A DNA stretch of 64,000 bases from positions 5,456,001-5,520,000 of the forward strand of contig JASTWF010000034.1 of NCBI GenBank assembly GCA_030390025.1, read 5' to 3'. Below the pieces are notes generated by a model that saw nothing but the letters and a program-made list of their open reading frames with translations, was not told where the DNA came from and did not search any database. This document shows positions 46,246 through 58,915 of the stretch, one piece after another. The position numbers and the translations under genes are program-made. The DNA is from Squalus acanthias (lineage: Eukaryota). Numbering within the stretch: position 1 is the stretch's first letter; each line of letters starts with the position of its first letter.

Positions 46246-48899
46246 GATTAAATTGTGTGTGTAGGAGTCTGAATGTGCTCCTGCTCTCTGATTTAACAGT
46301 GTGTGTGTGGAAGTCTGAATGGGCACCTGTTCTCTGATCTAACAGTGTGTTTGTGGGAGTCTGAATGAGTTCCTGGGCTCTGATCTAACAGTGTCTTTGT
46401 GGGAGTCTGAATGGGCTCCTGGTCTCTGATTTAACAGTGGGTGTGTGGGAGTCTGAATTAGCTCCTGATCTCTGTTCTAACATTGTGTGTGTGGGAGTCT
46501 GAATTAGCTCATGGTCTCTGATCTAACAGAGTGTGTGCGGGAATCTGAATGGGCTCCTGTTCTCTGATCTAACAGTGTGTTTGTGGGAGTCTGAATGGGC
46601 TACTTGTCACTGATGTAAAAGTGTGTGTGTGGAAGTCTGAATGGGCTCCTGGTCTCTGATCTAACAGTGTGTGTGTGGGAGTCTGAATGATCTCCTGCTC
46701 TGTGATCTAACAGTTTGTGTGTTGCAGCCTGACAGGGCTCCTGGTAACTCATTTAACAGTGTATGTGTGGGAGTCTGATTGAGCTCCTGATCCCTGATCT
46801 GGCAGTGTGTATGTGGGAGTCTGAATGAGCTCCTGGTCTCTCATCTAAGAGTCTGTCAGTGGGAGTCTGAATGAGCTCCTCGTCTATTTTCTAAACGTAT
46901 TTCTGGGATTCTGAATGAGCTCCTGGTCTCACATCTAACAGTGTGTGTGTGGGAGTCTGAATGGGCTCCTGGTCTCTGATCTAACAATGTTTGTGTGGGA
47001 GTCTGAATGGGCTCCTGGTCTCTGTTGTAAGAGAGTGTGTGTGGGAGTCCGAATGAGCTCCTGGCCTCTGATCTAACAGTGTGTGAGTGATAGTCTGAAT
47101 GGGCTCCCGGTCTCTGATCTTACGGTGTGTGTGTGGGAGTCTGAATGGGCTCATGGTCTCTGATCTAACAGTGTGTGTGTGGGAGACTGAATGGGCTCCT
47201 GGTCTCTGATCTAGCAGTGTGTGTGTGGGAGTCTGAATGAGCTCCCGGTCTCTGATCTAACAGTGTGTGTGTGTGAGTCTGAATGGGCTCCTGTTCTCTG
47301 ATCTTACAGTGTGTGTGTGGGAGTCTGAATGGGCTCCTGTTCTCTGATCTAAAAATGTGTGTGTGGGAGTCTGAATGGGCTCCTGGTCTCTGTTGTAAGA
47401 GAGTGTGTGTTGGAGTCCGAATGAGCTCCTGTCCTCTGATCTAACAGTGTGTGTGTGGGAGTCTGAATGGGCTCCTGGATTCTGATCTTACAGCGTTTGT
47501 GTGGGAGTCTGAATGGGCTCCTGGTCTCTGTTGTAAGAGAGTGTGTGTGGGAGTCTGAATGGGCTCTTGCTCTCTGATCCAACAGTGTATGTGTCGGAGT
47601 CCGAATGGGCTCCTGGTCTCTGATCTAACAATGCGTGTGTGGGAGTCTGAATGGGCTCCTGGTCTCAGATATCACAGGTTGTGTGTGTGAGTCTGATGGG
47701 CTCCTGGTCTCTGATCTAACAGTGTCTGTGGGAGTCTGAATGAGCTCCTGGTCTCTGATATCACAGATTGTGTGTCGGAGTCCGAATGGGCTCCTGGTCT
47801 CTGATCTAACAATGTGTGTGTATGGGAGACTGAATGCTCTCATGATCTCTGATCTAACAGTGTTTGTGTGGGAATCTGAATGGGCTCCTGGTCTCTGATC
47901 GAACAGTGTGTGTGTCGGTGTCTGAATGGGCTCCTGGTCTCTGATCTCACAGTGTCTGTGCGGGAGCCTGTATTGGCTCCTGGTCTCTGATCTAACAGTG
48001 TGAATGTGGGAGTCTGAAGGGGCTCTTGCTCTCTGATCTAACAGTGAGTGTTTGGGAGACCGAAAGGGCTCCTGGTCTCTGATCTAACAATGTGAGTGTG
48101 GGAGTCTGAAACAGCTCCTGGTCTCTGATCTAACAGTGTCTGAGTGGGAGTCTGAATGGGCTCCTGGTATCTGATCTAACAGAGTGTGATGGGAGCCTGA
48201 ATGTGCTCCTGGTCTCTGATCAAACAGTCTCTGTGTGTAAGTCTGAATGAGCTCCTTGTCTCTGACCTCACAGAGTGTGTGTGGGAGTTTGAATGGGCTC
48301 CTGGTCTCTGATCTAACTGTGTGTGTGTGAGTCTGAATGAGCTCCTGGTTTCTGATCTAACAGTATGTGTGGGAGTTTGAATGGGCTCCTGGTCACTGAT
48401 CTAATAGTGTGTGTGGGAGTTTGAATGTGCTTTGGTCTCTGATCTGACAATGTATGTTTGGGAGTCTGCATGGTCACTTGGTCTCTGATCTAACAGTGTG
48501 TGTTAGAGTCAGAATTAGCTCCTGGTCACTGAACTAAGATTGTGTTTGTGGGAGTCTGAATGAGCTCCTGTTCTCTGATCGAACAGTGTGTGTGTCGGAG
48601 TCTGAATGGGCTCCTGGTACCTGATCCAACAGTGTGTGTATGGAAGTCTGAATGAGCTCCTGGTCTCTGATCTAACAGCGTGTGTGTGTGGGAGTCCGAA
48701 TAAGCTCCTGGTCTCTGATCTAACAGTGTGTGTGTGGGACTCTGTATGGGTTCCTGGTCTCCGATCTAACAGTATGTGTTTGGGAGTCTGCATGGGTTCC
48801 TGGTCCCTGATTTAACAGTAGGTGTATGGGCGTCTGAATGGGCTCCTGGTCTCTGATCTAACAGTGTGTGTGATAGTCTAAATGAGCTCCTGGTCTCTG

Positions 48900-50610
48900 A
48901 TCTAACAATGGTTGTCTGGGTGTTTGAATGAGCTCATGGTCTCTGATCTAACACTGTATGTGAGAGTTTGAATGAGCTCCTGGTCTCTGATCTGACAGTG
49001 TGTATGTGGGAGACTGATTGGGCTCCTGGTCTCTGATCTAACATTGTGTGTGGGAGTTTGAATGGGCTCCTGGTCTCTGATCTAACATTGTGTGAGCGGG
49101 AGTCTGATTGGGCTCCTGGTCTCTGATCTAACAGTGTGTGTGTAGGAATCTGAATGGATTCCTGGTCTCTGATCTAATATTGTATGACCGGGAGTCTGAT
49201 TGGGCTCCTGGTCTCTGATCCAAAAGTGTGTGGCTGGGAGTATGAATGTGTTACTGGTCCCAGATCTAACAGTATGTGTGTGGGAGTCTGAATGGGCCCC
49301 TGGTGTCTGATCTATCCTGTGTGTGTATGGGAGTCTGAATTGGCTCCAGGTCTCTGATCCAACAGTAGGTGCGTGGAAGTCTGAATGAGCTCCTGGTGTC
49401 TGATCTAACATTGTGTGACTGGGAGTCTGATTGGGCTCCTGGTCTCTGATCAAACATTGTGTGTCTGGGAGACTGAATGAGCTGCTGGTCTCTGATCAAA
49501 CATTGTGTGAGTAGGAGTCTGAATGAGCTCCTGGTTTCTGATCTGACAGTGTATGCCTGGGAGTATGAATGAGCTCATGGCCTCTAATCTGACCATGTGT
49601 GTGTGCGAGTCTGAATTAGCTCCTGGTCACTGAACTAAGATTGTGTTTGTGGGAGTCTGAATGAGATCCTGGTCTCTGATCTAACAGTGTGTCGGTGTAA
49701 GTCTGAATGTGCTCCTGGTCTCTGATCGAACAGTGTGTGTGTGGGAGTCTGAATGAGCTTCTGGTCTCTGATCTAACAATGGTTGTCTGGGTGTTTGAAT
49801 GAGCTCCTGGTCTCTGATCTAACACTGTATGTGAGAGTCTGAATGAGCTCCTGCTCTCTGATCTTACACTGTGTATGTGGGAGACTGATTGGGCTCCTGG
49901 TCTCTGATCTAACAGTGTGTGTGGGAGTTTGAATGGGCTCCTGGTCTCTGATCTAACATTGTGTGAGCGGGAGTCTGATTGGGCTCCTGGTCTCTGATCT
50001 AACAGTGTGTGTGTAGGAGTCTGAAAGGGCTCCTGGTCTCTGATCTAATATTGTATGACCGGGAGTCTGATTGGGCTCCTGGTCTCTGATCCAAAACTGT
50101 GTGGCTGGGAGTATGAATGTGTTACTGGTCCCAGATCTAACAGTATGTGTGTGGGAGTCTGAATGGGCTCCTGGTGTCTGATCTATCCTGTGTGTGTATG
50201 GGAGTCTGAATTGGCTCCGGGTCTCTGATCCAACAGTAGGTGCGTGGAAGTCTGAATGAGCTCCTGGTATCTGATCTAACATTGTGTGACTGTGAGTCTG
50301 ATTGGGCTCCTGGTCTCTGATCAAACATTGTGTGTCTCGGAGACTGAATTAGCTCCTGGTCTCTGATCAAACATTGTGTGAGTGGGAGTCTGAATGAGCT
50401 CCTGGTTTCTGATCTAACAGTTTATGTCTGGGAGTATGAATGAGCTCATGGTCTCTGATCTGACAATGTGTGTGTGCGAGTCTGAATTAGCTCCTGGTCA
50501 CTGAACTAACATTGAGTTTGTGAGAATCTGAATGATATCCTGGTCTCTGATCTAACAGTGTGTCGGTGTAAGTCTGAATGTGCTCCTGGTCTCTGATCGA
50601 ACATTGTGTG
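48900..50610 (+). repeat. Local duplication within satellite A, offset ~871 bp (19 monomers), related to HOR1 sub-blocks
   Basis: ORF artefacts 49082..49453 and 49953..50324 differ by 871. Both carry ATATTGTATGACCGGG and GGCTGGGAGTATGAATGTGTTACTGGTCCC. Boundaries are approximate. Confidence 0.78.
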
Positions 50611-53279
50611 TGTGGGTGTCTGAATGGGCTCATGGTCTCTGATCGAACAGAGTGTGTGTGGGTGTATGAATGAGCTCCTGGCCTCTGATCAAACAGCGTG
50701 TGCGTGGGAGTCTGAATGTGCTCCTGGTCTCTGATCTAACAGTGTGTGTGTGGGTGTCTCAATGAGCTCCTGGTCACTGATCAAACAGTGTGCGTGTGGG
50801 AGTCTGAATGTGCTCCTGGTCTCTGATCTAACTGTGTGTGTGTGAGTCTGAATGAACTCCTGGTCTCTGTTATAACATTGTGTGTGCGAAAGTTTGAATG
50901 AGCTCCTGGTCTCTGATCTAACAGTGTGTGTGTGTAAGTCTGAATGAACTCCTGGTCTCTGATCTAAAAGTGTGTTTCTGGGAGTCTGAATGAACTCCTG
51001 GTCTCTGTTATAACATTGTGTGTGCGAAAGTCTGAATGAGCCCCTTTTCTCTATTCTAACAGTGTGTGTGTGGTGGACTAATTGGGCTACTGGTCTCTGA
51101 TCTAACAGTGTGTTTGTGGGAGTCTGAATGGGCTCCGGGTCTCTGATCTAAGATTGTGTGAGCGGGAGTCTGATTGGGCACCTGGTGTCTGATCTAACAG
51201 TGTGTGTATGGGAGTCTGAAATGGCTCCGGGTCTCTGATCCAACAGTAGGTGCGTGGAAGTCTGAATGAGCTCCTGGTGTCTGATCTAACAGTGCGTGTG
51301 TGGGAGTCGAAATGAGCTCCTGGTCTCTGATCTAACAGTGTGTCTGTGGGAGTCTGAATGAGCTTTTGGTCACTGATCTAACAGTGTGTGTTTGAGAGAC
51401 TGAGTGGGTTCCTGGTTTCTGATCTCACAGTGTGTGTGTGGGAGCCTGTGTTGGATCCTGGTCTGTGATCCAACAGTGTGTGTCTGGGAGTCTGAATGAA
51501 CTCCTGGTCTCTAATCTAACAGTGTGTGTCTGGGAGTCTGAATGAACTCCTGGTCTCTGATCTAACAGTGTGTTTGTGGGAGTCTGAATGGGCTCCTGGT
51601 CTCTGATCGAACAGAGTATGTGTGGGTGTATGAATGAGCTCCTGGTCTCTGATCGAACAGAGTGTGTGTGGGAGTCTGAATGGGCTCCTGGTCTCTGATC
51701 AAACAGTGTGTGTGTGGGAGTCTGAATGGGCTCCTGGTCTCTGATCTAACACTGTGTGTGTGTAAGTCTGAATGAGCTCCTGGTCTCTGATCTAACAGTT
51801 TGTGTGAGAGTCTGAATGAGCTCCTCGTCTCTGATCTAACACTGAACGCGTATGAGTCTGAATGAGCCCCTGGTCTCTATTCTAACAGTGTGTGTGTGGG
51901 AGACTGATTGGGCTCCGGGTCTCTGATCTAACAGAGTGTGTCTGGGAGTCTGAATGAGCAATTGGTCTCTGATCTAACAGAGTGTGTCTGGGAGTCTGAA
52001 TGGGCCCCTGGTCTCTGATCTAACAGTGTGTGTGTGGGAGCCTGAATCGGCTCCTGGTCTCTGCTCTAACAGTGTGTTTGTGCGATTCTGAATTGTCATC
52101 TGGTCTCTGATTTAACAGTGTGTGTGTGGATGTTTGAATGAGCTCCTGGTGTTTGATCTAACAGTGTGTGTGTGGGAACTCTATGGGGTCCTGGTCTCTG
52201 ATATAACAGTGTGTGCTTTGGAGTCTGAGTGTGCTCCTGGTATCTGATCCAACAGTGTGTGTATGGAAGTTTGAATGAGCTCCTGGTCTCTGATCTAACA
52301 GTGCGTGTATGGAAGTTTGAATGAGCTCCTGGTCTCTGATCTAACAGTGTGTGTGCGGGAGTCAGAATGAGCTCTTGGTCTCTGATCTAACAGTTTGTGT
52401 GTGGGAGTCTGAATGGGCTCCTGGTCTCTGATCTAACAGTGTGTGTATGGGAGTCCGAATTGGCTCCTGGTCTCTGATCCAACAGTGTGTGTCTGGGAGT
52501 CTGAATGAAATCCTGGTCTCTGATCTAACACTGAGCGCGTAGGAGTCAGAATGAGACTCTGGTCTCTGATATAACAGTGTGTGTATGGGAGACTGAATGG
52601 GCTCCCGGTCTTTGATCTAATAGTATTTATGTTGGAGTCTGAATGGTCTCCTGGTCTCTGGTCTAACAGTGTGTGTGTGGGAGTCTGAATGGGCACCTGG
52701 TCTCTGGTCTAACAGTGTGTGTGTGGGAGTCTGAATGAGCTCCTGGTCTCTGATCTAACAATGTGCGTCTGGGTGTCTGAATGAGATCCTGGTATCTGAT
52801 CTATCCGTGTGTGTCTGGGAGTCTGAATTGGCTCCTGGTGTCTGATCCAACACTATGTGCTTGGAAGTCTGAATGAGCCCTTGGTCTCTGATCTAACAGT
52901 GTTTGTGTGGGAGTCAGAATGAGCTCCTGGTCTCCGATCTAACAGTGTGTGTGTGGGAGACTGATTGGGCTCCTGGTCTCTGATCTAACAGTGTGTGTGC
53001 GGAGGTCTGAATGGGCTCCTGGTGTCTGATCTTACAGTGTGTGTATGGGAGTCTGAATTTGCTCCGGGTCTCTGATCCAACAGTAGGTCCGAGGAAGTCT
53101 GAATGAACTCCTGGTGTCTGATCTAACATTGTGCGAGTGGGCGTCTGATTGGGCTCCTGGTCGCTCATCTAACAATCTGTGGCTGGGAGACTGAATGAGC
53201 TCCTGGTCTCTGATCTAACAGTGTATGTGTGGGAGTCTGAATGAGCTCCTGGTTTCTGATCTAACTGTGTATTTGTGGG

Positions 53280-56200
53280 AGTCTGAATGAGCTCCTGGTT
53301 TCTGATCTAATATTGTGTGTGTGGGAGTCTGAATGGGCTCCTGGTTTCTGATCTAACAGTGTGTGTGTGGGAGTCTGAATGGGCTCCTGGTCTCTGATCT
53401 AATATTGTGTGAGTGGGAGTATGAATGAGCTCCTGGTTTCTGATCTAATATTGTGTGAGTGGGAGTATGAATGAGCTCCTGGTTTCTGATCTAACAGTTC
53501 CGTGTGTGGGAGTCTGAATGTGATCATGGTCTCTGATGTAACATTTTGTGTGTGGGAATCTGAATGGTCTCCTGGTGTCTGTTCTATCACTGTGTGTATG
53601 GGAGTCTGAATGAGCTCCTGGTCTCTAATCTAACAGTTCCGTGTGTGCGAGTCTGAAAGAGCTCCTGGTCTCTGATCTATCAGTGTGTGTATGGGAGTCT
53701 GAATGGGCTCCCGGTCTCTGGTCTCTGATCTAACAGTGATTTTGTGGGAGTCTGAATGAGCTTCTTGTCTGTGATCCATCAGTGTGTGTGTGGGAGTCTG
53801 AATGGGCTCCTGGTCTCTGAGCTAACAGTGTATGTGTGGGAGTCTGAATGAGCTCCTTGTCTCTGATCTAACGGTGTGCGTGATTGGGAGTCTTAATGGG
53901 CTCCTGGAGTCTTATATAACAGCGTGTGTTTTGGAGTCTGAATGTGCTCCTGTTCTCTGATCTAACGGTGTGTGTGATTGGGAGTCTGAATGGGCTCCTG
54001 GAGTCTTATATAACAGTGTGTGTAGGAGTCCGAATGGGCACCAGGTCTCTTGATTTAACAGTATGTGTGTGGGAGTCTGAATGGGCTCCTGGTCTCTGAT
54101 TTAACAGTATGTGTACGGGAGTCTGAATGAGCTCCTGGTCACTGATCTAACACTGTGTGTGTGGGAGTCAGAATTGGCTCATGGTCTCTGATCTATCACT
54201 GAGTTTGTGGGATTCCGAAGGAGCTCCTGCTCTCTAACCTAACAGTGTATTTGTGGGTCTCTGAATGGGCTCCTGGTCTTTGATCTAACAGTCTGTGTAG
54301 GAGTCTGAATGTGCTGCTGGTCTCTGAATTAACATTGTGAGTGTGGGAGTCTGAATGGGATCCTGGTCTCTGATCTAACACTGTGTGTGTGGGAGTCAGA
54401 ATTGGCTCATGGTCTCTGATCTATCACTGAGTTTGTGGGAGTCCGAAGGAGCTGCTGCTCTCTGATCTAACATTGTATTTGTGGGTCTCTGAATGGGCTC
54501 CTGGTCTCTGATCAAACACTGTGTGTGTGGGTCTGAATGGGCTCCTTGTCTCTGATCTAACAGTGTGTGTGCGGGAGGCTGAATGGCCCCCTGATCTCTG
54601 ATAAAACAGTGGGTGTGTTGGAATCTGAAAGGGCTCCAGGCCTCTAATCTGACAGAGTGTGTGGGAGTCTGAAACAGATGCTGGTCTCTGATCCAAGAGT
54701 ATATGTGTGGGAGTCTGATCTAGCTACAGGTCTCTGATCTAACAGTGTGTTTGTGGGAGTCTGAATGAGATGCGGGTCTCTGATCCAAGAGTAGATGTGT
54801 GGGAGTCTGAATGAGCTCCTGGTCTCTGATCTAACAGTGTGTGTGTGGGAATCTGAATGAGCTCCTGGTCTCTGATCTAACAGTGTGTATGTGGGAATCT
54901 GAATGAGCTCCTGGTCTCTGATCTAACAGTGTGTGTGAGGGAGTCTGAATTGTCTCCTGGTCTCTGATATAAAAGTGTGTGTGAGTGAATCTGAATGAGC
55001 TCCTGGTCTCTGATCTTACAGTTTGTGTGTGGGGGTCTGAATGAGCTCCTGGTCTCTGATCTAACAGTCTCTGATGGGAGTCTGATTGAGCTCCTGGTCT
55101 CTGATCTAACAGTGTATGCGTGGGATTAATAATGAGCTCCTGGTCTCTGATCTAACAGTGTATGTGTGGGAGTAATAATGAGCTCCTGGTCTCTGATCTA
55201 ACTATCTGTATGTGGGAATCTGAATGAGCTCCTGGTTTCTGATCTAACAGTGTGTTTGTGGAAATCTGAATGAGCTCCTGCTCTCTGATCTAACAGTGTG
55301 TGTAGGAGTCCGAATGGGCTCCTGGTCTCTGATTTAACAGTATGTGTATGGGAGTCTGAATGGGCTCCTGGTCTCTGATCTAACATTGTGTGTGTGGGAG
55401 TCTGAATGGGCTCCTGGTTTCTGATCTAACAGTGTGTGTGTGGGAGTCTGAATGGGCTCCTGGTCTCTGATCTAATATTGTGTGAGTGGGAGTATGAATG
55501 AGCTCCTGGTTTCTGATCTAATATTGTGTGAGTGGGAGTATGAATGAGCTCCTGGTTTCTGATCTAACTGTGTATTTGTGGGAGTCTGAATGAGCTCCTG
55601 GTTTCTGATCTAACAGTGTGTGTGTGGGAGTCTGAATGGGCTCCTGGTCTCTGATCTAATATTGTGTGAGTGGGAGTATGAATGAGCTCCTGGTTTCTGA
55701 TCTAATATTGTGTGAGTGGGAGTATGAATGAGCTCCTGGTTTCTGATCTAACAGTTCCGTGTGTGGGAGTCTGAATGTGATCATGGTCTCTGATGTAACA
55801 TTTTGTGTGTGGGAATCTGAATGGTCTCCTGGTGTCTGTTCTATCACTGTGTGTATGGGAGTCTGAAAGAGCTCCTGGTCTCTGATCTATCAGTGTGTGT
55901 ATGGGAGTCTGAATGGGCTCCCGGTCTCTGATCTAAATGTTTGTGTGTTGGAATCTGAATGGGCTTCTGGTCTCTGGTCTCTGATCTAACAGTGATTTTG
56001 TGGGAGTCTGAATGAGCTTCTTGTCTCTGATCCATCAGTGTGTGTGTGGGAGTCTGAATGGGCTCCTGGTCTCTGATCTAACAGTGTATGTGTGGGAGTC
56101 TGAATGAGCTCCTTGTCTCTGATCTAACGGTGTGCGTGATTGGGAGTCTTAATGGGCTCCTGGTGTCTTATATAACAGCGTGTGTTTTGGAGTCTGAATG

Positions 56201-58915
56201 TGCTCCTGTTCTCTGATCTAACGGTGTGTGTGATTGGGAGTCTGAATGGGCTCCTGGAGTCTTATATAACAGTGTGTGTAGGAGTCAAATTGGGCACCAG
56301 GTCTCTTGATTTAACAGTATGTGTGTGGGAGTCTGAATGGGCTCCTGGTCTCTGATTTAACAGTATGTGTACGGGAGTCTGAATGGGCTCCTGGTCTCTG
56401 ATCTAACATTGTGAGTGTGGGTGTCTGAATGGGATCCTGGTCTCTGAACTAACACTGTGTGTGTGGGAGTCAGAATTGGCTCATGGTCTCTGATCTAACA
56501 TTGTGTGTGTGGGTGTCTGAATGAGCTCCTGGTCTCTGAACTAACACTGTGTGTGTGGGAGTCGAATTGGCTCATGGTCTCTGATCTATCACTGAGTTTG
56601 TGGGATTCCGAAGGAGCTCCTGGTCTCTGATCTAACAGTGTGTGTGCGGGAGGCTGAATGGCCCCCTGATCTCTGATAAAACAGTGGGTGTGTTGGAGTC
56701 TGAAAGGGCTCCAGGCCTCTAATCTGACAGAGTGTGTGGGAGTCTGAAACAGATGCTGGTCTCTGATCCAAGAGTATATGTGTGGGAGTCTGATCTAGCT
56801 ACAGGTCTCTGATCTAACAGTGTGTTTGTGGGAGTCTGAATGAGATGCGGGTCTCTGATCCAAGAGTAGATGTGTGGGTGTCTGAATGAGCTCCTGGTCT
56901 CTGATCTAACAGTGTGTGTGTGGGAATCTGAATGAGCTCCTGGTCTCTGATCTAACAGTGTGTATGTGGGAATCTGAATGAGCTCCTGGTCTCTGATCTA
57001 ACAGTGTGTGTGAGGGAGTCTGAATTGTCTCCTGGTCTCTGATCTAAAAGTGTGTGTGAGTGAATCTGAATGAGCTCCTGGTCTCTGATCTAACAGTGTG
57101 TGTAGGCGTTTGAATGGGCTCCTGGTCTCTGATCTAACAGTGTGTGTAAAGGGAGTCTGAATGGGCTCCTGGTCTCTGATCTTACAGTTTGTGTGTGGGG
57201 GTCTGAATGAGCTCCTGGTCTCTGATCTAACAGTCTCTGATGGGAGTCTGATTGAGCTCCTGGTCTCTGATCTAACAGTGTATGTGTGGGAGTAATAATG
57301 AGCTCCTGGTCTCTGATCTAACAGTGTGTGTGTGGGAGTAATAATGAGCTCCTGGTCTCTGATCTAACTATCTGTATGTGGGAATCTGAATGAGCTGCTG
57401 GTTTCTGATCTAACAGTGTGTTTATGGAAATCTGAATGAGCTCCTGGTCTCTGATCTAACAGTGTGTGTAGGAGTCTGAATGGGCTCCTGGTCTCTGATT
57501 TAACAGTATGTGTATGGGAGTCTGAATGGGCTCCTGGTCTCTGATCTAACATTGTGTGTGTCGGAGTATGAATGGGCTCCTGGTTTCTGATCTAACAGTG
57601 TGTGTGTGGGAGTCTGAATGGGCTCCTGGTCTCTGATCTAATATTGTGTGAGTGGGAGTATGAATGAGCTCCTGGTTTCTGATCTAATATTGTGTGAGTG
57701 GGAGTATGAATGAGCTCCTGGTTTCTGATCTAACAGTTCCGTGTGTGGGAGTCTGAATGTGATCATGGTCTCTGATGTAACATTTTGTGTGTGGGAATCT
57801 GAATGGTCTCCTGGTGTCTGTTCTATCACTGTGTGTATGGGAGTCTGAATGAGCTCCTGGTCTCTGATCTAACAGTTCCATGTGTGCGAGTCTGAAAGAG
57901 CTCCTGGTCTCTGATCTATCAGTTTGTGTATGGGAGTCTGAATGGGCTCCCGGTCTCTGATCTAAATGTTTGTGTGTTGGAATCTGAATGGGCTTCTGGT
58001 CTCTGGTCTCTGATCTAACAGTGATTTTGTGGGAGTCTGAATGAGCTTCTTGTCTCTGATCCATCAGTGTGTGTGTGGGAGTCTGAATGGGCTCCTGGTC
58101 TCTGATCTAACAGTGTATGTGTGGGAGTCTGAATGAGCTCCTTGTCTCTGATCTAACGGTGTGCGTGATTGGGAGTCTTAATGGGCTCCTGGAGTCTTAT
58201 ATAACAGCGTGTGTTTTGGAGTCTGAATGTGCTCCTGTTCTCTGATCTAACGGTGTGCGTGATTGGGAGTCTGAATGGGCTCCTGGAGTCTTATATAACA
58301 GTGTGTGTAGGAGTCCGAATGGGCACCAGGTCTCTTGATTTAACAGTATGTGTGTGGGAGTCTGAATGGGCTCCTGGTCTCTGATTTAACAGTATGTGTA
58401 CGGGAGTCTGAATGGGCTCCTGGTCTCTGATCTAACATTGTGAGTGTGGGTGTCTGAATGTGATCCTGGTCTCTGAACTAACACTGTGTGTGTGGGAGTC
58501 AGAATTGGCTCATGGTCTCTGATCTAACATTGTGTGTGTGGGTGTCTGAATGAGCTCCTGGTCTCTGAACTAACACTGTGTGTGTGGGAGTCAGAATTGG
58601 CTCATGGTCTCTGATCTATCACTGAGTTTGTGGGATTCCGAAGGAGCTCCTGGTCTCTGATCTAACAGTGTGTGTGCGGGAGGCTGAATGGCCCCCTGAT
58701 CTCTGATAAAACAGTGGGTGTGTTGGAGTCTGAAAGGGCTCCAGGCCTCTAATCTGACAGAGTGTGTGGGAGTCTGAAACAGATGCTGGTCTCTGATCCA
58801 AGAGTATATGTGTGGGAGTCTGATCTAGCTACAGGTCTCTGATCTAACAGTGTGTTTGTGGGAGTCTGAATGAGATGCGGGTCTCTGATCCAAGAGTAGA
58901 TGTGTGGGAGTCTGA
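53280..58915 (+). repeat. Older, irregular higher-order repeat HOR4: ~2.0-2.25-kb unit, ~2.7 copies
   Basis: Identical 63-aa artefact at 53399, 55656 and 57638. Others at 55198/57364 and 56589/58619. Diagnostics GGTCTCTGGTCTCTGATC, GGAGTCTTATATAAC and GGAGTAATAATGAG recur. Offsets vary (1982-2257), mostly by about whole monomers. Confidence 0.85.

Larger units (their letters stand above)
35286..48164 (+). repeat. Higher-order repeat HOR3: 4,580-bp unit of satellite A plus one satellite-B block, ~2.8 copies with an 867-bp deletion
   Basis: B blocks start at 36496, 40209 and 44789 (periods 3713, 4580). Sequence at 35286 recurs at 43579 (offset 8293 = 3713 + 4580). ORF artefacts at 39056, 42769 and 47349 are identical. 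Confidence 0.92.
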
